Below, one piece after another: positions 8,209 to 17,421 of a stretch of 64,000 nt of DNA. The notes under the pieces were generated by a model that was not told the DNA's origin, made no database searches, and was given only the letters and a program-made list of their open reading frames with translations. The stretch lies in IMG/VR virus record IMGVR_UViG_3300037467_002055, positions 1 through 64,000 of that record; one strand, 5' to 3'. The first letter of the stretch is position 1. The number at the start of each line of letters is the position of its first letter. The DNA comes from a virus (Duplodnaviria > Caudoviricetes). Made by a program: the position numbers and the translations under genes.

Positions 8209-8600
8209 AAGCCATCTACGCCCTCACACCCGAACAGCATGCCACCGTACTGAGCGCGCTGCGCCGATACGCTATCGCGCTGTACAAGGGGCACATGCCG
8301 GATCTCATCGCTACCAACGACGACATCGTCACGCCACTTACTGCCGAGCAGACCGACGCGCTGTGCGAAGACCTGAACAACCACGGCCTGTCGTTTGGCG
8401 ACGTCGTCAACATCCTCGGCACCGATGACAGCCCCTACGTGGCGGCCGCGCACGAGCACCGCCTGCTCAACGAGGGCACGCTCGAAGTCGATCCCAAAAC
8501 GATCGTCAGCGAGAGCGAGGGCGGCGCTTACGTCATGGCCTGGCTGTGGGTCGACGGCGAGGACGCCGGTGTCACGTCGGACGAGGAGAGCGACGAGTGA
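8205..8600 (+). CDS. conserved phage hypothetical protein
   Basis: GGAGGAG RBS; EVD..TIVSES..GAYVMAWLWV C-terminus. Confidence 0.7.
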   Translation: MKAIYALTPEQHATVLSALRRYAIALYKGHMPDLIATNDDIVTPLTAEQTDALCEDLNNHGLSFGDVVNILGTDDSPYVAAAHEHRLLNEGTLEVDPKTIVSESEGGAYVMAWLWVDGEDAGVTSDEESDE

Positions 8601-8794
8601 AAATCCTGCTCAACAACATGCACGACGACGTCATGACCACCACGCTCGAGCGCGAGCCGAACGAGGAACTGCTTGCCTATACCGTCGACGACTTCTACCG
8701 CATCAACGGCAAGATCTTCACCGGCCACGAGCTCGGCACGATCGAGTGCGTGTTCTGGGACAGCGCGGCCCAGGAATGGAAGGCGGTGCGATGA
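8597..8794 (+). CDS. hypothetical early protein
   Basis: GAGGAG RBS, GTGA overlap. Confidence 0.65.
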   Translation: MKILLNNMHDDVMTTTLEREPNEELLAYTVDDFYRINGKIFTGHELGTIECVFWDSAAQEWKAVR

Positions 8795-9039
8795 ACATCC
8801 CGCGGATCCTCGTCGAGACGCAACGCTTCATGGGCGCGCTCGAAGAACTGGGCTTCGGCGATGACGGCGACATCAGTGGCGCCGACACGGTCGACGTAAT
8901 CAATGATTATCTGCCGCTGCTGCGCCATCTGCCCGCGCTGGCGCAGCTGGCCACGCACGCAGATCTGCTGGTCCGCTGCGGCGGCGGCCACAACCACAGG
9001 GCGCTGGCGCAGGCGCTGAACGAACTGAAAGGAGGCTGA
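8791..9039 (+). CDS. hypothetical early protein
   Basis: ATGA overlap. Confidence 0.65.
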   Translation: MNIPRILVETQRFMGALEELGFGDDGDISGADTVDVINDYLPLLRHLPALAQLATHADLLVRCGGGHNHRALAQALNELKGG

Positions 9040-9040
9040 C

Positions 9041-9298
9041 ATGCAATTCAATCGATGCACGCCCGAAGAAGTCGCCGCCGAGGCTGAGCAACTTGCCCGC
9101 GACGACATTCGCCGCCACCGCGAGTACGGCCACGACCTCAACGTGTTCAGCACGCCCGGCGCCCGCGAGGACTGGCGCCGCGGCTTCGAAAACCTCGGCC
9201 CGCGCAGCTATGAAGGCCCGCGCGACTTCGACACCATCTACCAGCGCGGCCGCGCCGTGGCGCGCCTGCTGGAAGAAGAGAAAACGAAAGGAAGCTAG
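9041..9298 (+). CDS. hypothetical early protein
   Basis: AAGGAGG RBS. Confidence 0.75.
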   Translation: MQFNRCTPEEVAAEAEQLARDDIRRHREYGHDLNVFSTPGAREDWRRGFENLGPRSYEGPRDFDTIYQRGRAVARLLEEEKTKGS

Positions 9299-9299
9299 C

Positions 9300-9671
9300 A
9301 TGCCCACCACCACCGAATGGATCGACCCCGAACTGTTTTTCACCACGAGCGCCGGCGTCAACGTCTTCCACACCTACAAGGATGATGACGTCGACCAGGG
9401 CCGCAGGTGCTACTGGTACACGCTGTACTCGAACACGGATGGCCACTCGTTCGATGTGCGTGACTTCGATGACGACAAGTTGCTCGACCGGCACCCACCA
9501 TACATGCAGGGCAAGCACAACACGCCGGAGAACAAGGCTGCATGGGATCGCTGGCATCAGGAAGGTGAGCCTGCTGCGATCAGGCAGATCATCACTGCCG
9601 CGCTCGACGCCGGCCGCATCCCGCTGCCCGAGGACATGACCGACAACATCCACGAGCCGACTGGAGGCTGA
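9300..9671 (+). CDS. hypothetical early protein
   Basis: AAGGA RBS; VFHTYKDDD motif. Confidence 0.7.
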   Translation: MPTTTEWIDPELFFTTSAGVNVFHTYKDDDVDQGRRCYWYTLYSNTDGHSFDVRDFDDDKLLDRHPPYMQGKHNTPENKAAWDRWHQEGEPAAIRQIITAALDAGRIPLPEDMTDNIHEPTGG

Positions 9672-9672
9672 C

Positions 9673-10113
9673 ATGTCTATCCGCCTTTCTGATGTGTCCA
9701 GCGCCCGCGGCGCGCCGATGGGCCGCCGCGATCACCACGCTCACGGCATGGACGACCTTGAATTCGAGCTCGAGCGCGTGCCGCTGGTCGATGGCGGCTA
9801 CGACGTCGGCGGCGCCTACTGGGGCACGCCAGACAACCTCTGGGTGGCGCGCGCCGAGCTCGATGGTGAGGAGCTGGCTTTCTTTTTCGTGCGTGCTGAC
9901 GACGACAAGATGGCCCGCCTGCTGGTGAAGGAGGATTACCCGGAGGCGACGTTCAAGCCGCAGACTGGCAGTGTGATCGAGCAGACGATCACTTTCCTGC
10001 AGCACTATCTCGATGGGCTCGACCAGGAGGGTCGCGAGATGGAGGCCGATACCGAGGTCGATATCGAGGACCTGCAGCTTGAACTTGCCGACATCAAACG
10101 GAGAAACCAATGA
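9673..10113 (+). CDS. conserved phage hypothetical protein
   Basis: GGAGG RBS; GAPMGR and RVPL..GGYD.GGAYWG motifs. Confidence 0.75.
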   Translation: MSIRLSDVSSARGAPMGRRDHHAHGMDDLEFELERVPLVDGGYDVGGAYWGTPDNLWVARAELDGEELAFFFVRADDDKMARLLVKEDYPEATFKPQTGSVIEQTITFLQHYLDGLDQEGREMEADTEVDIEDLQLELADIKRRNQ

Positions 10114-10877
10114 ACCAGATCAAAGCCCTCGCTGACCGCTTCGTCGTGGAGCTGCGCAGCGAGATCACGAGCGAGGAATTCCTCGAAGTCTGCCGGCGCA
10201 ACTCGGACCCGGAGCAACCGAAAGGCGTCTGCGCGTCGCACGACTTCTGCGACGCCAACATGACGATGCACCGCGCCTTCGTGGCCGTGGTCGGGCGCGA
10301 GCCGATCATCGACGAGTCGGCCATCTCCGGCGCCGACACGGCGCTGTGGAACGCCGCGTGGGACTACGCCCACGAGACGAAGCTGCGCGAGCGCCAGTCG
10401 ATCGAGTACGTCGACCGCATGGGCTTCCGCGTCGAGATCGAAGAGGACGATGGCGACGTCATCAATTTCTATCCGGCGGGCGGCGGCTTCCTGCACAGGA
10501 TGCCGCGCGAGAAGTTCTTCGAGGCGTTCAGCGAAGCACCGTCGCGCACGCTGCGCCGCGGACTTGTCGATGCCGACTGGTTCAGCGAGGACGACCTGCC
10601 GCTGTCGTGCTGGTCCGACGGCAGCAGCTGGAACGGCTGGAGCATGCCGCACTTCGAGCGCGCGGCCGTCGAGGAGCTGATCCGGCAGTCGCAGAGTGAG
10701 GAGCTGAGCCCGATGCGCTGGGATGGCGACGCCGTCATCGTGCACGATTCGCAGGATAACGAAGACGTGCGCGTCGAGCCGACGACGATGCCCAACGGCG
10801 AGAAGGCCTGGGCGATCGGCGCCGGCTGGTGGTGCTGGAACCGGGTGCGGTTTGACGACGAGGAGGAGAATCCGTGA
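10110..10877 (+). CDS. two-domain hypothetical protein
   Basis: N-terminal CASHDFCDANM..AF / WNAAW domain; C-terminal G..WNGW..P.F domain. Confidence 0.75.
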   Translation: MNQIKALADRFVVELRSEITSEEFLEVCRRNSDPEQPKGVCASHDFCDANMTMHRAFVAVVGREPIIDESAISGADTALWNAAWDYAHETKLRERQSIEYVDRMGFRVEIEEDDGDVINFYPAGGGFLHRMPREKFFEAFSEAPSRTLRRGLVDADWFSEDDLPLSCWSDGSSWNGWSMPHFERAAVEELIRQSQSEELSPMRWDGDAVIVHDSQDNEDVRVEPTTMPNGEKAWAIGAGWWCWNRVRFDDEEENP

Positions 10878-11155
10878 AAGCCACCATCTACCACCGCCCG
10901 CACGGGCGGCCCGAGGTCATCGACCTCGTCAACGTCGACCCGGCCGACGCGGCCTGGTTCGAGGCCAACAACGTGAAGATCAGCCTGGAGGCTGACGGCG
11001 AGGAGGGCGCGATCACCTACGCCGACATCGGCCTGAAGGACGAGGACGGCGAGCCGGACGAGCTGATCGAGTTCTCGCACGGCCGCAACTGCGTCCAGAC
11101 GCTGGCGGCGCTGCGCCGGCAGTGCGAGGAGCACAAGGCGAAGGAGCCCACATGA
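10874..11155 (+). CDS. hypothetical early protein
   Basis: GAGGAG RBS, GTGA overlap. Confidence 0.7.
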   Translation: MKATIYHRPHGRPEVIDLVNVDPADAAWFEANNVKISLEADGEEGAITYADIGLKDEDGEPDELIEFSHGRNCVQTLAALRRQCEEHKAKEPT

Positions 11156-11499
11156 AAAAGCGCTACACCATCACCTATGCCTCGTCGTTCGACGCGGTCG
11201 TCACGATCGACCACGACGTCTGCACCGACGCCCACCTGCACGAGATCAACAACTTCTGGAGTAATGCGGACTATCGCCTGCGGCGCGCAGGCGGCGACAT
11301 CACGAAGGCCATGCTCAAGCTGCTCGGGCTGCAGCTGTTCCACAGCACGATCACAGACCTTGCGCCGGAGGACACGTGGCGCAGCCAACCGCCGGAGGGC
11401 TGGCCGCCGCTGGGCGGCTCGCACGGCATCCAGCTGCTTTCGCTCGACTATTTCGAGCTGGACGAGGGCGAGATCACGATCAAATCGGAGGATGTATGA
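11152..11499 (+). CDS. DUF2528-like protein
   Basis: IDH...LHEINNFWS..RL and EGWPPL.GS.GI.L motifs. Confidence 0.65.
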   Translation: MKKRYTITYASSFDAVVTIDHDVCTDAHLHEINNFWSNADYRLRRAGGDITKAMLKLLGLQLFHSTITDLAPEDTWRSQPPEGWPPLGGSHGIQLLSLDYFELDEGEITIKSEDV

Positions 11500-11684
11500 C
11501 GGACCTCGAGCACGCTACGCAACGCCTGAACCTTGCCGAGCAGGTGCTGATTCGTCTGATGGTCGTGATCATGCATCAGATGCCGCCGCACGCGGCACGA
11601 GACATCCAGGAGCTCGGGCAGGAGTGGAACAGAGAACTTGTCAGGTTGGATGACGCGCATACCGCCGGAGGTTCTGATGCCTGA
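11496..11684 (+). CDS. hypothetical early protein
   Basis: GGAGG RBS, ATGA overlap. Confidence 0.65.
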   Translation: MTDLEHATQRLNLAEQVLIRLMVVIMHQMPPHAARDIQELGQEWNRELVRLDDAHTAGGSDA

Positions 11685-11952
11685 AGACCACCGCACCGCG
11701 TACGCCGCGGCCCGCGCGCAGCAGCAGGAACGGCGCGCCGCCGCGCGCGCCCAGAACACGAAGCAGCTGCTCGACGCCGGCGTCGCCTTTACCTCATTCG
11801 ATCACGGCTGGCATCTGCGCATCGAGCACGCCGGGCACGTCATCGACTTCATGGCCGGGCCTGGCACGTGGAGCCTGCTTGGCGACCGGCGCAAGCGCTA
11901 CGGCGTGCGCACCTTGATCAATTTCATCGCGAAGGGGCACGAGAATGGATGA
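11677..11952 (+). CDS. conserved phage hypothetical protein
   Basis: GGAGG RBS; HL.I....IDF..G.G.W......GV..L pattern. Confidence 0.7.
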   Translation: MPEDHRTAYAAARAQQQERRAAARAQNTKQLLDAGVAFTSFDHGWHLRIEHAGHVIDFMAGPGTWSLLGDRRKRYGVRTLINFIAKGHENG

Positions 11953-12235
11953 CGAGTGCTGCAACCACAACTGCCGGCAGAGCCTCATCTGTACTGCCAA
12001 ACCCGACCGCCGGCGCGGCCCGACATGGTTCTGGTTCCTGTTCGGCTGGCTGCTGCACGGCGAGCGCCGCTCCGGCTTCGACCGGCGCCAGCAGGCCGAG
12101 GAGATGTACGACACCGGCCGCACGCTGTTCGGTGTGCCGATCGTCATCGACGACACCGTCCCGCCCGGCAAGGCGGAATTTCGCAGCGGCCGGCGCACGG
12201 TCGAAACCGACATCAACGTGAAGGAAGAAAAGTGA
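11945..12235 (+). CDS. hypothetical protein (Cys-rich start, internal hydrophobic stretch)
   Basis: CC.HNCRQ...C; WFWFLFGWLL. Confidence 0.6.
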   Translation: MDDECCNHNCRQSLICTAKPDRRRGPTWFWFLFGWLLHGERRSGFDRRQQAEEMYDTGRTLFGVPIVIDDTVPPGKAEFRSGRRTVETDINVKEEK

Positions 12236-12546
12236 AAATCAAACTGTACGCCTATCTGAGCGAGAACCAGCTGAAGTACCTCAAACAGGAGGATCTGACC
12301 GATGTCGAGAAGGTGATGCCGCACGTGTACTTCAGTCAGCACGACCTGTCCTCGCACGGCAACGCGGTCGTCGGTACGGTCGAGGTCGACGTCGAGCTGC
12401 TACCGCCTGACCAGATCGTCGGCAACGCCGTGTTGGCACTGCGTGCCAAGGCGGCCGAGATCCGGGTCAAGGCGACGATGGAAGTAACGGAGCTGGAAGG
12501 GAAAGCGCAGCAGCTGCTGGCGATCGAGAACGGGAGCCGGACATGA
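12232..12546 (+). CDS. hypothetical early protein
   Basis: AAGGA RBS, GTGA overlap. Confidence 0.7.
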   Translation: MKIKLYAYLSENQLKYLKQEDLTDVEKVMPHVYFSQHDLSSHGNAVVGTVEVDVELLPPDQIVGNAVLALRAKAAEIRVKATMEVTELEGKAQQLLAIENGSRT

Positions 12547-12830
12547 GCGCCGCACACGACATGTGGAAGGGGGAAGTGCTGGACGCATTGCGCGCTGCTG
12601 CTGACGCCAAGGCGGCTTACTGGGACAGCATGGAGGCCCTTGAGCAAGCGCTTCGCTGCGAGGACCCGATCGACAGCGTGAACAATTTCCTCGTCGATCG
12701 CGTTGACACTCTGGCGATTAACGTGAACGTGCCGGGCGACGTTGACTGGATCGACCAGGATACCGCCGACGAAGTGGCGGCCGAGGTGAAGCGCCTGATC
12801 GAGGAGAGTGCATGGAGATCGGCGATCTGA
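12543..12830 (+). CDS. hypothetical acidic protein
   Basis: GGGAG RBS, ATGA overlap. Confidence 0.7.
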   Translation: MSAAHDMWKGEVLDALRAAADAKAAYWDSMEALEQALRCEDPIDSVNNFLVDRVDTLAINVNVPGDVDWIDQDTADEVAAEVKRLIEESAWRSAI

Positions 12831-13063
12831 TCATGACCAACAAGATCGAGGTGCGCACGGACCCCGGCCCGAGGCCGGCGATGCGCGCCACGTTCAAATC
12901 GAACCCAGGCACCGCGTTCGTGTTCCTGAATTTCGGCACCGTGCAGTCCAACGCCGATGTCGACGAGCGCGTGAAGCAGGTGATGGCGCACCTTGGCTGG
13001 GTGGCTTGCGACGACGTCGAGGGCCTGCGCGCCGCGCTAGCCGAAGCAGAAAAGGAGAAATGA
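12812..13063 (+). CDS. hypothetical early protein
   Basis: GAGGAG RBS; start uncertain (12812 or 12833). Confidence 0.6.
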   Translation: MEIGDLIMTNKIEVRTDPGPRPAMRATFKSNPGTAFVFLNFGTVQSNADVDERVKQVMAHLGWVACDDVEGLRAALAEAEKEK

Positions 13064-13064
13064 C

Positions 13065-13256
13065 ATGGGATCGAGCAGTGGATTCAGCCGGCCGGACTAC
13101 GCCGGCGACTACGCTCAGCACCGCCTGGGGCACCGCCGCGACGACCGCTGCACGGAAGCCAAGCAGCGCGCTGACGCGGAGCTGCGCGGCCGGCTTGGGC
13201 CGCGCCGCGCGAACGAGATCATCGACGCCATCGACAAGATCAAGTCGAGGCGCTGA
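13065..13256 (+). CDS. hypothetical early protein
   Basis: AAGGAG RBS. Confidence 0.65.
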   Translation: MGSSSGFSRPDYAGDYAQHRLGHRRDDRCTEAKQRADAELRGRLGPRRANEIIDAIDKIKSRR

Positions 13257-13492
13257 TGCTCAAACTTACGGACACTGCTGCCTCCGTTGTCCGGCAGCGC
13301 CACCGCACAGGCGACCTCACCGAAAACGAGGTGCTGCTGATCGCAGGCCGTCGAGACCTTGTTGTCCACAAGTACCGCGACAGCCATGCGAAGCTGCGCA
13401 AGCTGACGCGCCGCATGTGCAAGGATGGCAAGCTGGTGATGGTCATGTACGACGGCCGTCAATTTTATTACCGCACACCGAGAGGAAAATGA
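13256..13492 (+). CDS. hypothetical basic protein
   Basis: TGATG overlap. Confidence 0.65.
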   Translation: MLKLTDTAASVVRQRHRTGDLTENEVLLIAGRRDLVVHKYRDSHAKLRKLTRRMCKDGKLVMVMYDGRQFYYRTPRGK

Positions 13493-13493
13493 C

Positions 13494-14036
13494 ATGGGCT
13501 GGCTCTGGATGCACAAGCCGAAAGGCATGAAAGTCGCCGACTTCCTGATCAACCACTCCGGCGCACTGCGCTGGACCAATTCGCCGTACGAGTACAAGGT
13601 GCTCGACTACTCGATCATCCGGCTGCGAACGTTCTATGCGGCCGTCGAGCAGGTGCACAAGAAGACCGGCGAGCGCCGCGTCTGGGCCGCCGTGTTCCTG
13701 CTCGGCTTCTGCCCGAAGGCCGAGTACAACTTCGGCTACAAGGACATGGACGAGAGCTGCGGACCTTGCGAGGCTGAGTGCCCGGAGCGCATCCTCGACC
13801 TGCTCACGCCGACCGAGTACGAATATGCCCGCGACTGGCGCGAGCGCTGCCGGGCGTATCACGAGCGGCGCCGCGCGCGGCCGAAGATCAAGGTCGGCGA
13901 CACCTTGTCGTATGGTGGGCGCGAGTATCGCGTCGACAGCCGGGACGGGCGCGCCTGGGTGATCTGCGACGGGCATGGCGGCCGCTACCGCATGACCGAT
14001 GCCCGCGCGCGCCGCGCGGAAGTGAGGCCGGCGTGA
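13494..14036 (+). CDS. DUF6927-like protein
   Basis: YAAVE..GE..VWAAV.L..NFGYKDMDES.GP..CP..ILDLL.PT..YA..WR.RC. Confidence 0.7.
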   Translation: MGWLWMHKPKGMKVADFLINHSGALRWTNSPYEYKVLDYSIIRLRTFYAAVEQVHKKTGERRVWAAVFLLGFCPKAEYNFGYKDMDESCGPCEAECPERILDLLTPTEYEYARDWRERCRAYHERRRARPKIKVGDTLSYGGREYRVDSRDGRAWVICDGHGGRYRMTDARARRAEVRPA

Positions 14037-14533
14037 GCACCCGACGCCGCGGCGCGCCGCCCGCCCCTGCCGGCGGCTACGCCTTCACCCTGCTGGACGA
14101 ACTGCGCGCCTCGCCCACCGACCCGCTGCCGGCTGCGCAGCGCCAGGCTCGCGTGAAGGACGCGCGCTTTAATCTCGACCAGCTGGCGCACGGCGCCGCG
14201 CCCTCGCGCTACAACTGGAAGGTGCTGGCCACGGTCGGCAACATCTTCGAGGTGATGCTCGAACTCGAACTTGTGCAGGACCCGGAGAATCTGCTGTGGC
14301 GCGCACAGAACGTGCTCAAGAGCGCGGCCGAGCATGCGATCGAGCACGACGTCCTGCCGCGGCTGGTCGGCGTCGAGATCGAGGTGATCGCGTCCCTGAT
14401 CAACGCCTACGAGGAAGTGCTCGAGGCGCTGCCGCACCGCGACCTCATCCGCGTGCTGCGCGAGACCGACAAGCGTATGCGCATCCGGCGCCCGGGCGAC
14501 TTTGATGCCAATCCGGCGAGGAAGAAGCGTTGA
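14033..14533 (+). CDS. conserved phage hypothetical protein
   Basis: GTGA overlap; L.ASPT.P motif; helical. Confidence 0.7.
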   Translation: MSTRRRGAPPAPAGGYAFTLLDELRASPTDPLPAAQRQARVKDARFNLDQLAHGAAPSRYNWKVLATVGNIFEVMLELELVQDPENLLWRAQNVLKSAAEHAIEHDVLPRLVGVEIEVIASLINAYEEVLEALPHRDLIRVLRETDKRMRIRRPGDFDANPARKKR

Positions 14534-14534
14534 C

Positions 14535-14924
14535 ATGGTCAGCACCTACGCCAAATCCCAGTACCGCTTTCTGCTGGGGCTGACGCACCATCTGCTGGCT
14601 GCCCGGCCCGACATCAAGACGTCGGAACTGGCGCGCCAGCTGGGCGTGTCCGTCAGGGCGGCCTACAACTACCGGGCCGCAGCGATGTGCAAGGAGCTCC
14701 CGGCAGATCCGGTGCAGGCCGCGCGCGAATTCCTCATCCAGTTTCCGGACGCCACCGGCCGCGAGGTGGGCGCCCACCTTGGGCTGGGCCGGGATGCTGG
14801 CCGGCGCTACCGGGCAGCCGCGCTGAAAGACCTTGAGAAGCGCCCGCCGCCGCCCGCGCCCGATCCAACGGTGCCGAAACACACCTACCACATCCCCCGC
14901 TTTCTTCCGAAGAAAGGAAAATAA
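14535..14924 (+). CDS. tandem helix-turn-helix protein
   Basis: TSELARQLGVSVRAAYNYR and GREVGAHLGLGRDAGRRYR. Confidence 0.65.
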   Translation: MVSTYAKSQYRFLLGLTHHLLAARPDIKTSELARQLGVSVRAAYNYRAAAMCKELPADPVQAAREFLIQFPDATGREVGAHLGLGRDAGRRYRAAALKDLEKRPPPPAPDPTVPKHTYHIPRFLPKKGK

Positions 14925-14925
14925 C

Positions 14926-15234
14926 ATGTTCCACCCTTATACGATCAGCCTCGACAACGGCAAGTACCGCGTCATCAACGACAACGGCATCCTGGCCTTC
15001 CTGCGCCACGGCGAGGCGTGGCCGGCCGCCGACGACCTCAAGCACTCCAAGGTCGTGCTGGCCATGGCCCAGCGCATCGAGGATCTGGAGGTGGCGATGG
15101 GCGAGGTGCTGTATGGCCCACTGCAGCACGACGGGTTGCGCTATCAGCCGGCCAGCATGAATTTCGCCGTCGCGTCAGGTCAGCCTGTCCAGGGTTGGCG
15201 GGACATTCTGCACCGCGCGCTGGAGCAGAAATAA
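14926..15234 (+). CDS. hypothetical protein
   Basis: AAGGA RBS; KVVLAMAQRI motif. Confidence 0.7.
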   Translation: MFHPYTISLDNGKYRVINDNGILAFLRHGEAWPAADDLKHSKVVLAMAQRIEDLEVAMGEVLYGPLQHDGLRYQPASMNFAVASGQPVQGWRDILHRALEQK

Positions 15235-15797
15235 TGCCTTCTCCAAAACTCACCCGAGTCCAGTACGAGAAGCGCCGGCTCAAGTTCGAGGCGTGGCTGG
15301 CTGAGCGTGGCGCCGAGATGCTCACACCCACAAACGAGTGGGAGGTGTTGCGCTTCCGGACCGAGGTCGGGACCAGCATCATCTACACGAACAAGTACGG
15401 GATGCTCACCTGGATGGGCCAGTCGGCTGAGGCGTTCTTCGCCTACCTGCAGAATTCGCCGTGGCGCGCGGTGCCGAAGGAGCAGCGCCGTTACAAGTCG
15501 AGCCCGGCTTGCCAGGCGCTCAGGAAGCGCGACGGCGGTGCCTGCTTCTTCTGCCATCTGCCGGTCGCCGTCGAGGACGAGTCGGTCGAGCACCTCGTGA
15601 ACCTGACGCACGGCGGCCCGGACCACATCGTTAACATGGCGCTGGCGCACCGCGACTGCAACCGCGCTGCCGGCCACCTCTCGCTGATGGAAAAGATCCA
15701 GATGCGCGAGTCGAACCTGGTGCGCCTGTACACGCCCGGCACGCTGCCGAATCTGGCCCTGCAGGCCATCGTAGAAACCACACCACCATGGGACTGA
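15234..15797 (+). CDS. HNH endonuclease with N-terminal domain
   Basis: RDGGACFFC..SVEHLV....GG.D...N.ALAHRDCN; genome-typical codon usage. Confidence 0.8.
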   Translation: MPSPKLTRVQYEKRRLKFEAWLAERGAEMLTPTNEWEVLRFRTEVGTSIIYTNKYGMLTWMGQSAEAFFAYLQNSPWRAVPKEQRRYKSSPACQALRKRDGGACFFCHLPVAVEDESVEHLVNLTHGGPDHIVNMALAHRDCNRAAGHLSLMEKIQMRESNLVRLYTPGTLPNLALQAIVETTPPWD

Positions 15798-15799
15798 AT

Positions 15800-16117
15800 A
15801 TGAAGCACGAAAAACCACACACCACGAAGCACGTCGCAATGTACTGCGACTGGAAGGGCGGCGGCCTGGGCGACGTGCTCAAGGTCAAGCTGGAGGGCAT
15901 GACCCTCATCGACGACCGCGACCTGGCGCGCCTGCTGCACTACCAGGCGGTGCTGGAGGCCGAGCCGCTGCCGGCGCACATCGTCGACGTACTGGAGCTG
16001 GCGCTCAAGGCGATCAGCGGGCCCCGCGGCCGCAAGCCCAAGACGCAGAAGGGCATCGACGCCTGGGAGGTGATCCGCAACCTGCTTGCCACCGCACCCA
16101 TCCAACGGGAGACCTGA
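15800..16117 (+). CDS. hypothetical protein
   Basis: 105-aa ORF in chain. Confidence 0.65.
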   Translation: MKHEKPHTTKHVAMYCDWKGGGLGDVLKVKLEGMTLIDDRDLARLLHYQAVLEAEPLPAHIVDVLELALKAISGPRGRKPKTQKGIDAWEVIRNLLATAPIQRET

Positions 16118-16119
16118 CC

Positions 16120-16311
16120 ATGCCTGAAACCCGCAGCCTCTGGAGCGTGAGGATCTCGTTCACCGATGGCACCTACAACTGTGATATTTGGGCCGCCACG
16201 CCTGGCGCCGCGCTGCAGCTGGCCATGACGGACGCGCGCGGTGTCGAGACGGCATCACTGTTCACCGGCGCGCCGCGCGAGGTGTACATCAACTGGAAGG
16301 AGGACTCATGA
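16120..16311 (+). CDS. hypothetical protein
   Basis: GGAG RBS. Confidence 0.6.
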   Translation: MPETRSLWSVRISFTDGTYNCDIWAATPGAALQLAMTDARGVETASLFTGAPREVYINWKEDS

Positions 16312-16580
16312 GCCCACACTTCATCGGCGGCGTGAAGGTGTTCGTCTCGCCGCTGATCACCGACCGGCCCAAATTTCAGCTGTCGTACCGGATGCGCGAG
16401 ATCCTCTCGCCCGAGTACGTTGCCGACTTCGACCGCTGGGCGGCTGAATTCTTCGGAGTCGAGCACACGTTCTACCAGATGCCGGAAGGGATTTTCTGTT
16501 CGCCGGCCGGCTTCAATTTTCTCAGGAAGCACTTCAGATATCTCGAGGAGAGGGCATGCCCACCACCAACGTACATCTGA
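16308..16580 (+). CDS. hypothetical protein
   Basis: AAGGAGG RBS, ATGA overlap. Confidence 0.65.
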   Translation: MSPHFIGGVKVFVSPLITDRPKFQLSYRMREILSPEYVADFDRWAAEFFGVEHTFYQMPEGIFCSPAGFNFLRKHFRYLEERACPPPTYI

Positions 16581-17236
16581 CCCGCATCGCCAACAACGCC
16601 AAGACCGGACCGATCCCGGTCACCACCTCCAGCAGGTCGACGTGCCCGTCGACCTGTTCTTTTAAGGGAAACGGCTGCTACGCCGAGAACTTCCCGCTCT
16701 CCCTGCACTGGAACCGCGTCACGGCCGGCAAGGGCCTGTCGTGGGCGGACTTCGTCGATGAGGTCAGCCGCTTCAAGGCGGGCCAGCTGTGGCGCCACAA
16801 CCAGGCCGGTGACCTACCGGGCGCAGGCGACGTCATCGACGGCGTGGCGCTGCGCCAGCTGGTGAAGGCGAACCGTGGCCGGCGCGGCTTCACGTACACT
16901 CACTACCCGCCGACGGCGGCCAATCTGCGCGCGCTGCGCCACGCTAACAAGAACGGCTTCACGGTCAACCTGTCGGCCGATTCGCTGGCCGACGCCGACC
17001 GGCTGGCGCCGCTGGGCCTGCCGCTGGTGGTGGTCGTGCCGGAGGGGTGGACGGGCCGGCAAACGCCGGGCGGGCGCAAGGTGACGCTCTGCCCGGCCCA
17101 GCACAAGGAATACGTCACTTGCGCCACCTGCCAGCTGTGTCAGAATGCTGGACGGAATGCCATCGTGGCATTCGAGGCCCACGGCGCGCGGCGCAAGACC
17201 GTGACGCTCATTTCCAGAGCGAGGGAAGACCCATGA
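16556..17236 (+). CDS. gp88/DUF7227-like Cys-cluster protein
   Basis: TCPSTCSFKGNGCYA, WRHNQAGD, GFTYTHY, GFTVNLS, CPAQ....TCATCQLC. Confidence 0.6.
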   Translation: MPTTNVHLTRIANNAKTGPIPVTTSSRSTCPSTCSFKGNGCYAENFPLSLHWNRVTAGKGLSWADFVDEVSRFKAGQLWRHNQAGDLPGAGDVIDGVALRQLVKANRGRRGFTYTHYPPTAANLRALRHANKNGFTVNLSADSLADADRLAPLGLPLVVVVPEGWTGRQTPGGRKVTLCPAQHKEYVTCATCQLCQNAGRNAIVAFEAHGARRKTVTLISRAREDP

Positions 17237-17421
17237 AGCATATCATCACCATCACCCATCACGTGGAAGCGGCCACGTGGGATCTGGCGGTCGAGGAAGT
17301 GATGCGCGAACCGTTCGCGCACATGACGGATTGCCGGGTGAAGACACCCGGCAAGCAGCTGATTCACGTCACGATCAGCATCATGAAGGAGGCGCTGGCG
17401 CGCATGCGCGCTACGGCTTGA
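17233..17421 (+). CDS. hypothetical protein (last gene of early block)
   Basis: ATGA overlap; converges on the minus-strand operon. Confidence 0.55.
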   Translation: MKHIITITHHVEAATWDLAVEEVMREPFAHMTDCRVKTPGKQLIHVTISIMKEALARMRATA

